In this document: positions 29,382-37,143 of the stretch, piece after piece
Position numbering within the stretch: the first letter of the stretch is position 1
How the letters are laid out: the number at the start of each line of letters is the position of its first letter
Virus record (IMG/VR): IMGVR_UViG_3300032318_000380
Span: 1-58,468 of that record
DNA: 58,468 nt
Direction: 5' to 3' (one strand)
DNA from: a virus
Lineage: Duplodnaviria; Caudoviricetes
The notes under the pieces: generated by a model
Databases searched by the model: none
Told to the model about the DNA's origin: nothing
Seen by the model: the letters and a program-made list of their open reading frames with translations, nothing else
Made by a program: the position numbers and the translations under genes

Positions 29382-30284
29382 ATGAACAACGTCACTTCCA
29401 TCGCCCGCAACGTCCGCCGCTTCGGTCGGGGCGGCATCACCATCAGCGCCCAGCGCGGTGAGGCCCTGTCCTATGAGCAGATCGCGCAGTTCGCGCCGAC
29501 CGTGTTCTCCAGCGACCGTCACTCCAGCCGCTCTGAGCGTTTTCAGGTGATCCCCACCCATGAACTGCTGGCTGGCCTCAACAAGGAAGGCTTCGTCCCG
29601 GTCAAGGTTCAGGTCGGCGGATCGCGCGATCAAGAAAAGCGCGCCTTCACCAAGCACCTGATCCGCTTCCGCCGCAGCGACAACCTCGCTGGCGTTCCCA
29701 AGGTGGGCGACAGCCACCCGGAAGTGGTCCTGCTCAACGCCCATGACGGCACCTCGTCCTACCAGCTTCACGCTGGTCTGTTCCGCCTCGTCTGCACCAA
29801 CGGCCTGACGGTTTCGGATCAGGACTTTGGCAGCGTCAAGGTCGGCCATTCTGGCAGGGGCGTGCTGGACAAGGTGATTGAAGGCACCTACCGCGTTCTG
29901 GATGACGCGGTGGCCGCTCTGGGTCACGCCCAGCAGCTTCAGGCGGTCGGCCTTGACCGTGATGAACAGCGCATCTTCGGTGAGGCGGCCCTCCGCCTGC
30001 GCTTTGACGATGAGACGCTGCCCAAGATCAACGGCTCTGAGGTGGTCCGCCCCCGCCGCGAAGCTGATCTGGCCCCCAGCCTCTGGCACACGTTCAACCG
30101 CGCGCAGGAGAACCTGATCCGGGGCGGCCTGAACTACCGCCACACGAATGAGGAAACCAATCGCACCTCATTCCGCGAGACGCGCCCGGTGAACGGCGCT
30201 GACGGTGATCTCAAGCTGAACCGCGCACTCTGGCACCTCACGCAGGAGTTCGCCAAGCTCAAGGGAACCTCTATCGCCGCTTGA
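29382..30284 (+). CDS. DUF932/DUF945-family protein
   Basis: 'H.SRSERF..IPT...L.KEGF.P......R...KRAFTKHLIRFR...EVVLLNAHDGTSSYQLHAGLFRLVCTNGL...LWHTFNRAQENLIRGG...LNRALW'. Confidence 0.85.
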   Translation: MNNVTSIARNVRRFGRGGITISAQRGEALSYEQIAQFAPTVFSSDRHSSRSERFQVIPTHELLAGLNKEGFVPVKVQVGGSRDQEKRAFTKHLIRFRRSDNLAGVPKVGDSHPEVVLLNAHDGTSSYQLHAGLFRLVCTNGLTVSDQDFGSVKVGHSGRGVLDKVIEGTYRVLDDAVAALGHAQQLQAVGLDRDEQRIFGEAALRLRFDDETLPKINGSEVVRPRREADLAPSLWHTFNRAQENLIRGGLNYRHTNEETNRTSFRETRPVNGADGDLKLNRALWHLTQEFAKLKGTSIAA

Positions 30285-30285
30285 G

Positions 30286-30351
30286 TTGAAAAAACCAAAA
30301 CAACCCGCTATAATACGAACGCCGCCAAGGTCATCAGCTTTGGCGGCGTTC
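30286..30351 (+). promoter_or_regulatory. Sigma70-like promoter and leader hairpin of HNH gene
   Basis: TTGAAA(30286)-N17-TATAAT(30309); GAACGCCGCCAA...TTGGCGGCGTTC hairpin. Confidence 0.7.
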
Positions 30352-30378
30352 TGACCTTTTGACCTGTTGAGGAGGCCA

Positions 30379-30873
30379 ATGGCTGTGAGCGACCTTACAC
30401 AAGCACGCTTAAAAGAGCTAGTTAGCTATGACCCGGATACTGGGGTTTTTATTTGGATCAAAAAGGCCAACCGAAACATTTTAATAGGATCGGTCGCTGG
30501 CTCCGTTAATTCCCAAGGATACTGGAGAATTCAGATTGACCAAAAAAGCTACCGCGCTCACAAATTGGCTTGGTTGTATATTTTTGGCGAATTCCCTAAC
30601 GGAATTCTTGACCACAAAAACCGAGATAAGCTGGATAATCGTATATCCAATCTTAGGAGTGTTAGTTCTTCAATAAATAACCAAAACTGCAAAATTAGAA
30701 AAAACAACACTAGCGGTAGCGCGGGCGTACACTTGGACAAGTCCCGCCAAAAATGGGTTTCTTACGTAAAAATTGACAGCAAACACAAACACATTGGCTA
30801 CTTCAATACAATTGAAGAGGCCATTGCTGCCAGAAAGGCCGCAGAAAAAAAGTTTTATTCGTTGCCAGACTGA
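30379..30873 (+). CDS. HNH-AP2 homing endonuclease
   Basis: 'YDPDTGVFIW...AHKLAWLY...LDHKNRDKLDNRISNLR...N...NNTSG..GV...KW...HIGYF...A..AR'; AT-rich. Confidence 0.9.
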   Translation: MAVSDLTQARLKELVSYDPDTGVFIWIKKANRNILIGSVAGSVNSQGYWRIQIDQKSYRAHKLAWLYIFGEFPNGILDHKNRDKLDNRISNLRSVSSSINNQNCKIRKNNTSGSAGVHLDKSRQKWVSYVKIDSKHKHIGYFNTIEEAIAARKAAEKKFYSLPD

Positions 30874-31076
30874 TCAAGGCTTGGCTGCTGCTCATCGGGC
30901 GTTTTCTTTTTGCCCTTCCAGCGGCGGTGCGGGTTGATGACGAAATAGACCGCCACCCCGCTCACGCCCAGCCTGTAGCCGATTTCTTCGTAGGAGAGGC
31001 CCAGAGTAGCCCGCATCTCGCGGGCCTGATCGTGCCATGTCCCACGCTTTGGTTTTGGGGGTGCTTCGTTGCTCAT
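30855..31076 (-). CDS. Small HTH DNA-binding protein
   Basis: 'GLSYEEIGYRLGVSGVAVYFVI'; GAGG SD; divergent from cassette 4. Confidence 0.65.
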   Translation of the reverse strand: MSNEAPPKPKRGTWHDQAREMRATLGLSYEEIGYRLGVSGVAVYFVINPHRRWKGKKKTPDEQQPSLDQSGNE

Positions 31077-31117
31077 GACCTCTGTTTTTACAACACCCTG
31101 TTTTTTTTACAATCAAG

Positions 31118-31217
31118 TTATCCACAGCGCAGAAAACTGTTGCAACCGTCACCAAATGGGTATACATGATTGCTCATAGGCGGTCGCGGTGACCACCCCA
31201 ACACAGGAGCTACGACG
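31118..31217 (+). promoter_or_regulatory. Early promoter cassette 4
   Basis: TTATCCACA(31118); TTGCAA(31140); CGTCACCAAATGGG(31147); CATAGG + GGTCGC..GTGACC hairpin; ACACAGGAG SD. Confidence 0.7.
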
Positions 31218-31502
31218 ATGACCAGCAACACCCTCGCAGACCAGATCGGCCAGCTTGACGCCCAGATCAAGGCCCTGACCGAGCAGCTTGATGCGCTCAA
31301 GGACAAGGCCAAGGCCTCCGGTCTTGACGAAATTGAAGGCGTGATCTTCAAGGTCAGCATCGGCAAGTCCATCCGCGCTTCGCTGGATACCGCCAGCGTC
31401 AAGAAGGAACTGGGCCAGCAGTGGTACGACGATCACTGCAAGCTCGCGGAGGTCACGACCGTCCGCATCAAGCCGCGCGCAGAGGCGCTGGCATCACTCT
31501 AA
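31218..31502 (+). CDS. Early hypothetical protein (coiled-coil N-terminus)
   Basis: ATG 31218 after AGGAG; terminator follows. Confidence 0.75.
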   Translation: MTSNTLADQIGQLDAQIKALTEQLDALKDKAKASGLDEIEGVIFKVSIGKSIRASLDTASVKKELGQQWYDDHCKLAEVTTVRIKPRAEALASL

Positions 31503-31506
31503 AGCG

Positions 31507-31526
31507 AAGGGGCTTCGGCCCCTTTT
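31507..31526 (+). terminator. Intrinsic terminator (same core as 27092)
   Basis: AAGGGGC-TTCG-GCCCCTT TT. Confidence 0.8.
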
Positions 31527-31547
31527 GTGTATCAAAAGGAGAGAAAA

Positions 31548-31739
31548 GTGAAACACAAAGACTTCAGGTCATACATTGACCTTTGCAGGGAACGCGGCCT
31601 TGCTGACCATCAGGTCGCGGTTATGCTGGGTTGCGGCGTGAACAGCGTAGTGCGGTGGAAGCGTTATGACCCGCCCCATTACATCGGACTGGCAATTGCA
31701 GCACTAGAGAAGGGATTGGAGCCATGGAAAAGAAAGTAG
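31548..31739 (+). CDS. Small HTH-like protein
   Basis: 'GLADHQVAVMLGCGVNSVVRW....P.YIGLA'; GTG after AGGAG. Confidence 0.6.
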   Translation: MKHKDFRSYIDLCRERGLADHQVAVMLGCGVNSVVRWKRYDPPHYIGLAIAALEKGLEPWKRK

Positions 31740-32074
31740 AACACACCCCTTTCCCGTGGGCGCAATACGACGATGGCGGCACGCTACCGGGCGTTTACAA
31801 GCGCAAGGGCGGGTTTCGCTACGGCGACGAAGGGTCGGACTGGGTATGGGGTCCAGACGGCCCCGGATACGGTGTTGTGGCCGATTGTTCGCCGCATGAC
31901 AAAGCCACCGATGAAAGCAGGGCCAACGCAAGGCTCATTGCTGCATTGCCGTTCTTTGTTCTGTTCACCGAAATCACTGTGGCTTTGATGAGCGATGATG
32001 ATCCGCGCAAGGCAGAGGCAATTCAGGTACTTAAAAAAGCTGGGAGGTTAAACGATGTCAGCAAACCCGAGTAA
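31724..32074 (+). CDS. Hypothetical phage protein
   Basis: 'HTPFPW...ANARLIAALP' pattern common in small phage early proteins. Confidence 0.65.
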   Translation: MEKKVEHTPFPWAQYDDGGTLPGVYKRKGGFRYGDEGSDWVWGPDGPGYGVVADCSPHDKATDESRANARLIAALPFFVLFTEITVALMSDDDPRKAEAIQVLKKAGRLNDVSKPE

Positions 32075-32276
32075 AATGTTCAAGGAGATAGCCAGCTACT
32101 TGGACAAGTATGGCATCACGATCACAGACCGAGAACTGGGTAGTCGGCATTGGAAGGTCAAGATAACAGACGGCGCGAAGCGGGCCATGATCGTTATCTC
32201 AGTTTCGCCGTCCGACCACAGGGCCTACATGAACATCGCTCAGTCGGCTCGCCAAGCCATCAGGGAGGCCCCTTAG
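32055..32276 (+). CDS. HicA-like small protein
   Basis: 73 aa; 'GSRHWKV...SVSPSDHRAYMN'; GGAGG SD. Confidence 0.5.
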   Translation: MSANPSKMFKEIASYLDKYGITITDRELGSRHWKVKITDGAKRAMIVISVSPSDHRAYMNIAQSARQAIREAP

Positions 32277-32293
32277 GGGGCCTTTTCTGTTTT
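32266..32293 (+). terminator. Terminator at convergence of early and replication units
   Basis: AGGCCCC-ttag-GGGGCCT TTTCTGTTTT. Confidence 0.65.
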
Positions 32294-32362
32294 AGGTCGC
32301 CACCTACCGGGGACACCCCAAAACGCCGCCAGCGCCACGACGGAGCAGCGTTTTGAGGCCTC

Positions 32363-33868
32363 CTAAGTCTCAGCGACCGTTTCCACAAATATCCGGCGCT
32401 CCCGGTCGTATTGCAGAAGACCCTCTCCCGGCCTGCCAGCCTCTGGCTGATACCTGATCTTCTTGATGTAGACGCCCGTGCTGGTGCTTTCCGGGTCATC
32501 CCCGATGCGGGCGATAGTAACCCCGATGTCCGCCTTGTTAGCCCAGTGGGCGCTGTCGCTGATGTCTGACAGGCCTATGGCGTCTGCGTCCCGGTTCCGG
32601 GCGGACTTGTCAGGGTGAGCAACGACGATGACCAGCACATCATACCGCTTGGCAAAGACCTTCAGCTTGCGGATGGACCGCCCGGTATATTCGGTCAGGC
32701 TCTCGTCACGGTCGCGCTTGTGGTCAATCTCGTTCCACGGGTCAATGATGCAGACCTTGATGCCGTGCCGGATTACTGCCGTTGCCATGCGGTCCAGAAG
32801 CCATCCCAGATCATGGTCAATGTCCTCCTCCGGGTCCGGGGCAATGAAGCAGAACCGCCTCTGCATGAAAGCTTCTGGTGCTAGGCGCGCGTCCGGGGTG
32901 GCGGCATCAAGGCGCTTCCTGATGAAGACATTGTTAATCTGGTTGGTCACATACGGCTTGATCCGCATCTCAAAGCTGGCAATGCCAATATTCCAGCCGT
33001 GATACAGGGCAAGCTGCGCCGCCAGTTGGATGGTCCACGTTGACTTGCCTTGGCCGGGAAACCCCGTCACCACCATGAAGGCGGGAGTGTAAGGCATCAG
33101 GTTTTCGTCCAACCCCTTCCAGCCAGTGGTCACTGTGGCAAGCGGGGCCTCATCCGGCAGGTCATTGTAGCTGTAGACACCAGACACCGGGAATGGCTTG
33201 GCCGAGGTAACGACATCCAGAAGGCCCTTGGCACCCTGCGCCATCAGAACCTCATTGAGGTCTTTACATCCGTCCGGGTAAGAGACGAATTTGCAGCGGA
33301 CGCGATCCAGACGCCTGACCAGTTCTTTTGCCAAGCGCGAACCCGGCTCATCGTTATCAACCGCGATCACGATGGACTTGATTTTGGACAGGGCTTCCCA
33401 GTCGTTCAGGATGAACTGGTACTTGTCATCATTGTCCGGGTCTATGTCGTAAGTGTTCTCAGGAACATCTATTAGCTTTCCCTGAGCATCGCGGGCAGGC
33501 GGTGCGCCGTCTGGAACTGATACAACAAACGGATAGCCAGCGGTGATGACCGCCAGCGCATCCATTTCACCCTCAGTGATCACCAGAGGATGCGAGCCGT
33601 CCTGAAGGCTGGGGTCCGCCAGTATATCCCGGTTGAAGAGCAGCTTCTTGCCGCCCTGCTTCTGCCAGAACCGCTTTCCGGGCGCGCGGTACTTGGCGTT
33701 CTGCTCCACACCGTTCTCAAGGTATGGGAAGACAAGGATGCGCCCTTCCGGGTCTAGCTCAACGCCAGTGCTGCCGCGCTTGCCTGAGTAAATCCCCGTA
33801 CTTGTCGCCACCTCCACGCTGATGTGGCGGCCTTCCAACCATTCCAGATGCGCTTGGCTTAAAGTCAT
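32363..33868 (-). CDS. Primase-helicase (TOPRIM + DnaB/Twinkle-like), lacking N-terminal Zn domain
   Basis: ITEGEMDAL, SVPDGA, AVDNDEPG, KDLNE; Walker A TGFPGQGKST; IIDPWN; VAHP; DISDSAHWANKAD; ATG 33868 after GGAG. Confidence 0.9.
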   Translation of the reverse strand: MTLSQAHLEWLEGRHISVEVATSTGIYSGKRGSTGVELDPEGRILVFPYLENGVEQNAKYRAPGKRFWQKQGGKKLLFNRDILADPSLQDGSHPLVITEGEMDALAVITAGYPFVVSVPDGAPPARDAQGKLIDVPENTYDIDPDNDDKYQFILNDWEALSKIKSIVIAVDNDEPGSRLAKELVRRLDRVRCKFVSYPDGCKDLNEVLMAQGAKGLLDVVTSAKPFPVSGVYSYNDLPDEAPLATVTTGWKGLDENLMPYTPAFMVVTGFPGQGKSTWTIQLAAQLALYHGWNIGIASFEMRIKPYVTNQINNVFIRKRLDAATPDARLAPEAFMQRRFCFIAPDPEEDIDHDLGWLLDRMATAVIRHGIKVCIIDPWNEIDHKRDRDESLTEYTGRSIRKLKVFAKRYDVLVIVVAHPDKSARNRDADAIGLSDISDSAHWANKADIGVTIARIGDDPESTSTGVYIKKIRYQPEAGRPGEGLLQYDRERRIFVETVAET

Positions 33869-34064
33869 AAAATCTCCCGTCTGTATAACTACAATTAAAG
33901 CAACGAACGCCGCAACCAGTATCATCAATTCTTACGGACAAACACGGATCATCTTTGTGCTTGCGGGTGTGTGAACACCGTGGGCATGTGGTCTTGAAGC
34001 TACGCTTAGGCACCCCCCTGAAGGGGATGCCAAGTTCGCGCAAAATCTCAATGGCAGACTTCAT
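33759..34064 (-). CDS. Primase zinc-binding domain as separate ORF
   Basis: 'KTTCPRCSHTRKHKDDPCLSV...RCFNC'; ATG 34064 coupled to upstream stop; different frame from primase. Confidence 0.75.
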   Translation of the reverse strand: MKSAIEILRELGIPFRGVPKRSFKTTCPRCSHTRKHKDDPCLSVRIDDTGCGVRCFNCSYTDGRFYDFKPSASGMVGRPPHQRGGGDKYGDLLRQARQHWR

Positions 34065-34333
34065 GGATTTAGTGCCTTTTCTGCCGCCTTCTTCTTTGCA
34101 ATCCGGCGCAATTCCCTGTGCCATTCCTTGTGCGTGATGTCGTATTCCTTCTGAAGCAAACCAATCCAGTCCTGCAACACATCAAGGCGGAACAACGGAT
34201 TGTTGTCGCACATGCCATTCAAGCGAAGCGTGACATCGCCCTCACCAGTATCGCAGTCTGCCCACAACGTGCCAAGGCGCGTACCTTTATGGCGGTCACC
34301 ATCGTAACCGCGTGTAAAACGATCTGTAGCCAT
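34061..34333 (-). CDS. Hypothetical protein
   Basis: 90 aa, AGGAG SD. Confidence 0.6.
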   Translation of the reverse strand: MATDRFTRGYDGDRHKGTRLGTLWADCDTGEGDVTLRLNGMCDNNPLFRLDVLQDWIGLLQKEYDITHKEWHRELRRIAKKKAAEKALNP

Positions 34334-34355
34334 TTGTCTTCTCCTGTTGTTAACT

Positions 34356-35417
34356 TTACACGTTTGCTTTTTTGGGCCTGACCGTTTTGATGCGATCTGG
34401 GCCTACTGTACAAAACTCATATCCGTCCATTTCCCGCCACTTGAACTTCAGCCAAGTCTCCAGCATGGCGGGAGCAATCTTGCGGTCCTCATAGGGAGGG
34501 CCTTTGCAGAACAGCTTGTACTTGCGCGCCGCATCCCACAAGTCCTTACCCTGCACGCCATTTGACAATTCCACAGCTATCAACTTTGCCGACACTGCGC
34601 GGTCACCAACATGGCCGGGATAAACCGCCACGATTTCATCCAGCCATTTTCCGCCAGCTTCCGTTCCCGCTGACGATTTAATGTTGTTGTAGGACTGGAT
34701 GACATCCGCCCTCTTTTCGTAGTCACAGTTCCAGCGTTCTTCATTCAGCCACGTTGCCGCCATCGCTACAAACTTGGGGTTCTCCCCCGCCATGTACGCT
34801 GCATACAAGCCGACAGCCGTTAACAATTGCTCCTGTGAAACATTTTTGCGGGCCTTGCGGTACGCCGCCATAGCTTTCTTGCGTGGATTACCGGGGCGTT
34901 TGGGATATGCCGCCCAGAAGGCGTCAAAGTCGGCATCATACGATATATCTTGTGTAGTCTCTGATGTAGTCTCTGCTGTAGTCTCTGTATTAGTTTGGCG
35001 CTTTCCGCCATCCTTGTTTGGCGCTTTCCGCCAATCCAGTTTGGCGCTTTCCGCCAATCTAGTTTGTACAGCCCCCTGTCTCCCAGTGTGTCCCTGCGTA
35101 TCATAGCGTTGCAGAACGTAGCGTTCCAATTCACTTTCGTTAACGCGATAGTGCAACTTGGCGGGAACACCCCGCTTTTCCTCCTGCAAAATGTTAATGG
35201 CGGTCAATCGCCTCCTGACAGTCTCCTGCTCGCGGCGGCTAAGGTATGTTTCCTCAAACCATTGGTCGGATGTTTTGTAAAACCAGCCGTCAGGCAGCGT
35301 TGCGCGTCTTGCCCAGTAAATCGCCTGAGACAGGAATACACCGCCACTGGCTGATCCGGCAATTTCGGCAAGCACTCTGTGGTAGGCTATCGGGCGGTCA
35401 AATAAATCATATATCAT
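34356..35417 (-). CDS. Replication initiator protein (lambdoid O-like)
   Basis: 'DRPIAYH...FLSQAIYW...WFYKT...W.EET.LSRREQ...R..L...GVPAKLHYRVN'; internal iterons; 'FDAFWAAYPKR...ATWLNEERW'. Confidence 0.85.
   Translation of the reverse strand: MIYDLFDRPIAYHRVLAEIAGSASGGVFLSQAIYWARRATLPDGWFYKTSDQWFEETYLSRREQETVRRRLTAINILQEEKRGVPAKLHYRVNESELERYVLQRYDTQGHTGRQGAVQTRLAESAKLDWRKAPNKDGGKRQTNTETTAETTSETTQDISYDADFDAFWAAYPKRPGNPRKKAMAAYRKARKNVSQEQLLTAVGLYAAYMAGENPKFVAMAATWLNEERWNCDYEKRADVIQSYNNIKSSAGTEAGGKWLDEIVAVYPGHVGDRAVSAKLIAVELSNGVQGKDLWDAARKYKLFCKGPPYEDRKIAPAMLETWLKFKWREMDGYEFCTVGPDRIKTVRPKKANV
34953..35066. repeat. Putative replication origin: three 23-bp-period iterons plus three 12-bp-period repeats
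   Basis: GTTTGGCGCTTTCCGCCA at 34993, 35016, 35039; TGTAGTCTCTG at 34953, 34965, 34977, inside the initiator gene. Confidence 0.85.
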
Positions 35418-35611
35418 CTGGATAGTTCCAAGATTTGGCTTGCCCAGATGTCCAATGCACAATATCTTGCTTGTGCATTAACAACTGAACGTGCTGGTTC
35501 AGTTCTGAAACGCTCTGGATTGCCGTCCGGGGCGTTTCGCTTTTAAGGAACCAGCCTGCCAGAGACTAGGGGCTGTTCTGGCAGACTGGTCAAGGCAGGT
35601 GTGTGTTCCAC

Positions 35612-36220
35612 CTACGGGTGGATGTTTCCCGCAGACAGACTACCATCATCACCACTTCCATGACGGCGGTCAAGTAGCATCTGCCTCACTTTGTTCACTC
35701 CATGCACAACAGTGGAATGATCTTTTTTCATGAGTTGAGAAATTTTTGGGTAACTGAAGTTAAGGTCAACACGCAGGCGGTAGAACACCTCAAACCGCGC
35801 TTTGATGATATGCCGCTTCCGGCTCTTACCCGTAATTTCTGATGGGAGAATTTTATGGTGCGCTGCAACAGCATGAAGGATACGCATCCAGCGGATGGCA
35901 CCGACTTCATTCAGCACAAGACCCGGCAGCGGAGGCAGGCGGGGAGCGGATACCATCTGTTCAGCAATCCTGATGGCCTGAGCATGATTGCCGCCAATCC
36001 AGTACGGGTTGGCCTCGCGCAGGGCTTCAGTGACCAGCCTTCCTTCCGCGTCTTCCGGCACCAGTCCTGCCTTTGGCAAGCTTGGCGGAATTAACGGCTC
36101 CACCTTCACCGACAAGTCGGGCGTAGGCTTGGGCAGGGCTTTCACTGGCGGCGGCACGTTGGCGTTCAACCTTGCCTTTACCGCCCTGTAATGTTCTTGC
36201 AGTTCCTTCAGGTAGCTCAT
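35612..36220 (-). CDS. Protein with DnaA C-terminal (domain IV) HTH
   Basis: 'VA..H.I...EI.GKSR.RHI..AR....Y.LR.....SYPKI......DHSTVVHGVNKV' matches DnaA domain IV signature. Confidence 0.85.
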   Translation of the reverse strand: MSYLKELQEHYRAVKARLNANVPPPVKALPKPTPDLSVKVEPLIPPSLPKAGLVPEDAEGRLVTEALREANPYWIGGNHAQAIRIAEQMVSAPRLPPLPGLVLNEVGAIRWMRILHAVAAHHKILPSEITGKSRKRHIIKARFEVFYRLRVDLNFSYPKISQLMKKDHSTVVHGVNKVRQMLLDRRHGSGDDGSLSAGNIHP

Positions 36221-36566
36221 TGGTCCCTCTCACTGGATATATGTTAATACGGACAGGTGGGCCTTCGTTGACCCATTTGCAGTACATAGCTTCACACAAG
36301 CAATCGTCTTCAATGATGCTTGCGTGCTGTAAAAAATCACTTGCCGCCTTGGCTAGATTGTCAATGTCGCGGCGTCTTTTGTCCGGGCGAGCAACCCGCA
36401 TCATCATTTTGTATCTGCCCGTTATCGCGGGTATGCCCGCCCTCCTCACAATAGCTAAACACTCATTCAGCCAGCCCACATACTCCGCTGACCGATACAT
36501 CCGGCCCCTCCCAATCCGCCACAATCGGTTAACTGATGGCGGCCTTGGTATTACGATTTCCACCAC
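36027..36566 (-). CDS. rusA: RusA-family Holliday junction resolvase
   Basis: 'PRPPSVNRLW...PDKRRRDIDNLAKA..D.L.....IEDD'; frame runs on into the next gene. Confidence 0.85.
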   Translation of the reverse strand: MVEIVIPRPPSVNRLWRIGRGRMYRSAEYVGWLNECLAIVRRAGIPAITGRYKMMMRVARPDKRRRDIDNLAKAASDFLQHASIIEDDCLCEAMYCKWVNEGPPVRINIYPVRGTNELPEGTARTLQGGKGKVERQRAAASESPAQAYARLVGEGGAVNSAKLAKGRTGAGRRGRKAGH

Positions 36567-36602
36567 TTTCTGGGGCCGCCCTCTGTCAATCGGAAGTTTG
36601 CG

Positions 36603-36631
36603 AGCATATACTGTCATCACCAATTTGGCAA
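36603..36631 (-). promoter_or_regulatory. Leftward promoter of replication operon containing a fifth CATCACCAATT box
   Basis: TTGCCA(36631-36626)-N17-TATGCT(36608-36603); box at 36615-36625. Confidence 0.6.
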
Positions 36632-36643
36632 CAGAGGTGTTTC

Positions 36644-37141
36644 TTGGCGAACCCAATCTTGGCATCTGAAGATGTAATGAGGGAAATCAATGCCTTGCTG
36701 GCGGATTACCCGCAACTGGCGGAAGATGAAGAGCTTTTCCGTGATATGCTGGAGGGCAATACGCGCTTCAATGAAATCATGGACCGCCTCTTGGGCGAGA
36801 TGCGGGACAATGAGATGCTGGCGGAAGCAGCCGCGCAACGCATCGGGAAGGTCAGGGAGCGCCAGACCCGCATGACGCATCGCGCCCAGTTCTATCGCGG
36901 CCTGATGCACCGCCTTCTGTCACTGACAGGTCTCAAGTCTGTTGCCCTTGGTGAGGCTAAAATTTCTGTGGTCAACTCACCGGAGAAGGTGATCATCACG
37001 GACGAAAATGCTATACCTGAAGCCTTGTGTAAAATCGTAAGGGAGCCGAACAAGACAGCTATCAAGAACGCTATTAAGAACGGACAGTATGTACCCGGTG
37101 CATCGCTATCAAACGGCGGCACCACAATCCAAGTGAGGTAA
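36644..37141 (+). CDS. Siphovirus Gp157-family protein
   Basis: 'DEEL..DMLEG.T...V.ITDE.AIP....K....PNKTAIK.A.K.G..VPGA.L'; TTG after GAGGTG (ATG 36677 alternative). Confidence 0.8.
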   Translation: MANPILASEDVMREINALLADYPQLAEDEELFRDMLEGNTRFNEIMDRLLGEMRDNEMLAEAAAQRIGKVRERQTRMTHRAQFYRGLMHRLLSLTGLKSVALGEAKISVVNSPEKVIITDENAIPEALCKIVREPNKTAIKNAIKNGQYVPGASLSNGGTTIQVR

Positions 37142-37143
37142 CT

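Noticed and set aside
34993-35066. Palindromic direct repeats as a mini-CRISPR
   Set aside because: Only ~5 nt between repeats, inside a coding gene, no cas genes; fits iterons
36027-36220. RusA C-terminal extension as a functional domain
   Set aside because: It is read-through over the start of the DnaA-IV gene, with no motif of its own
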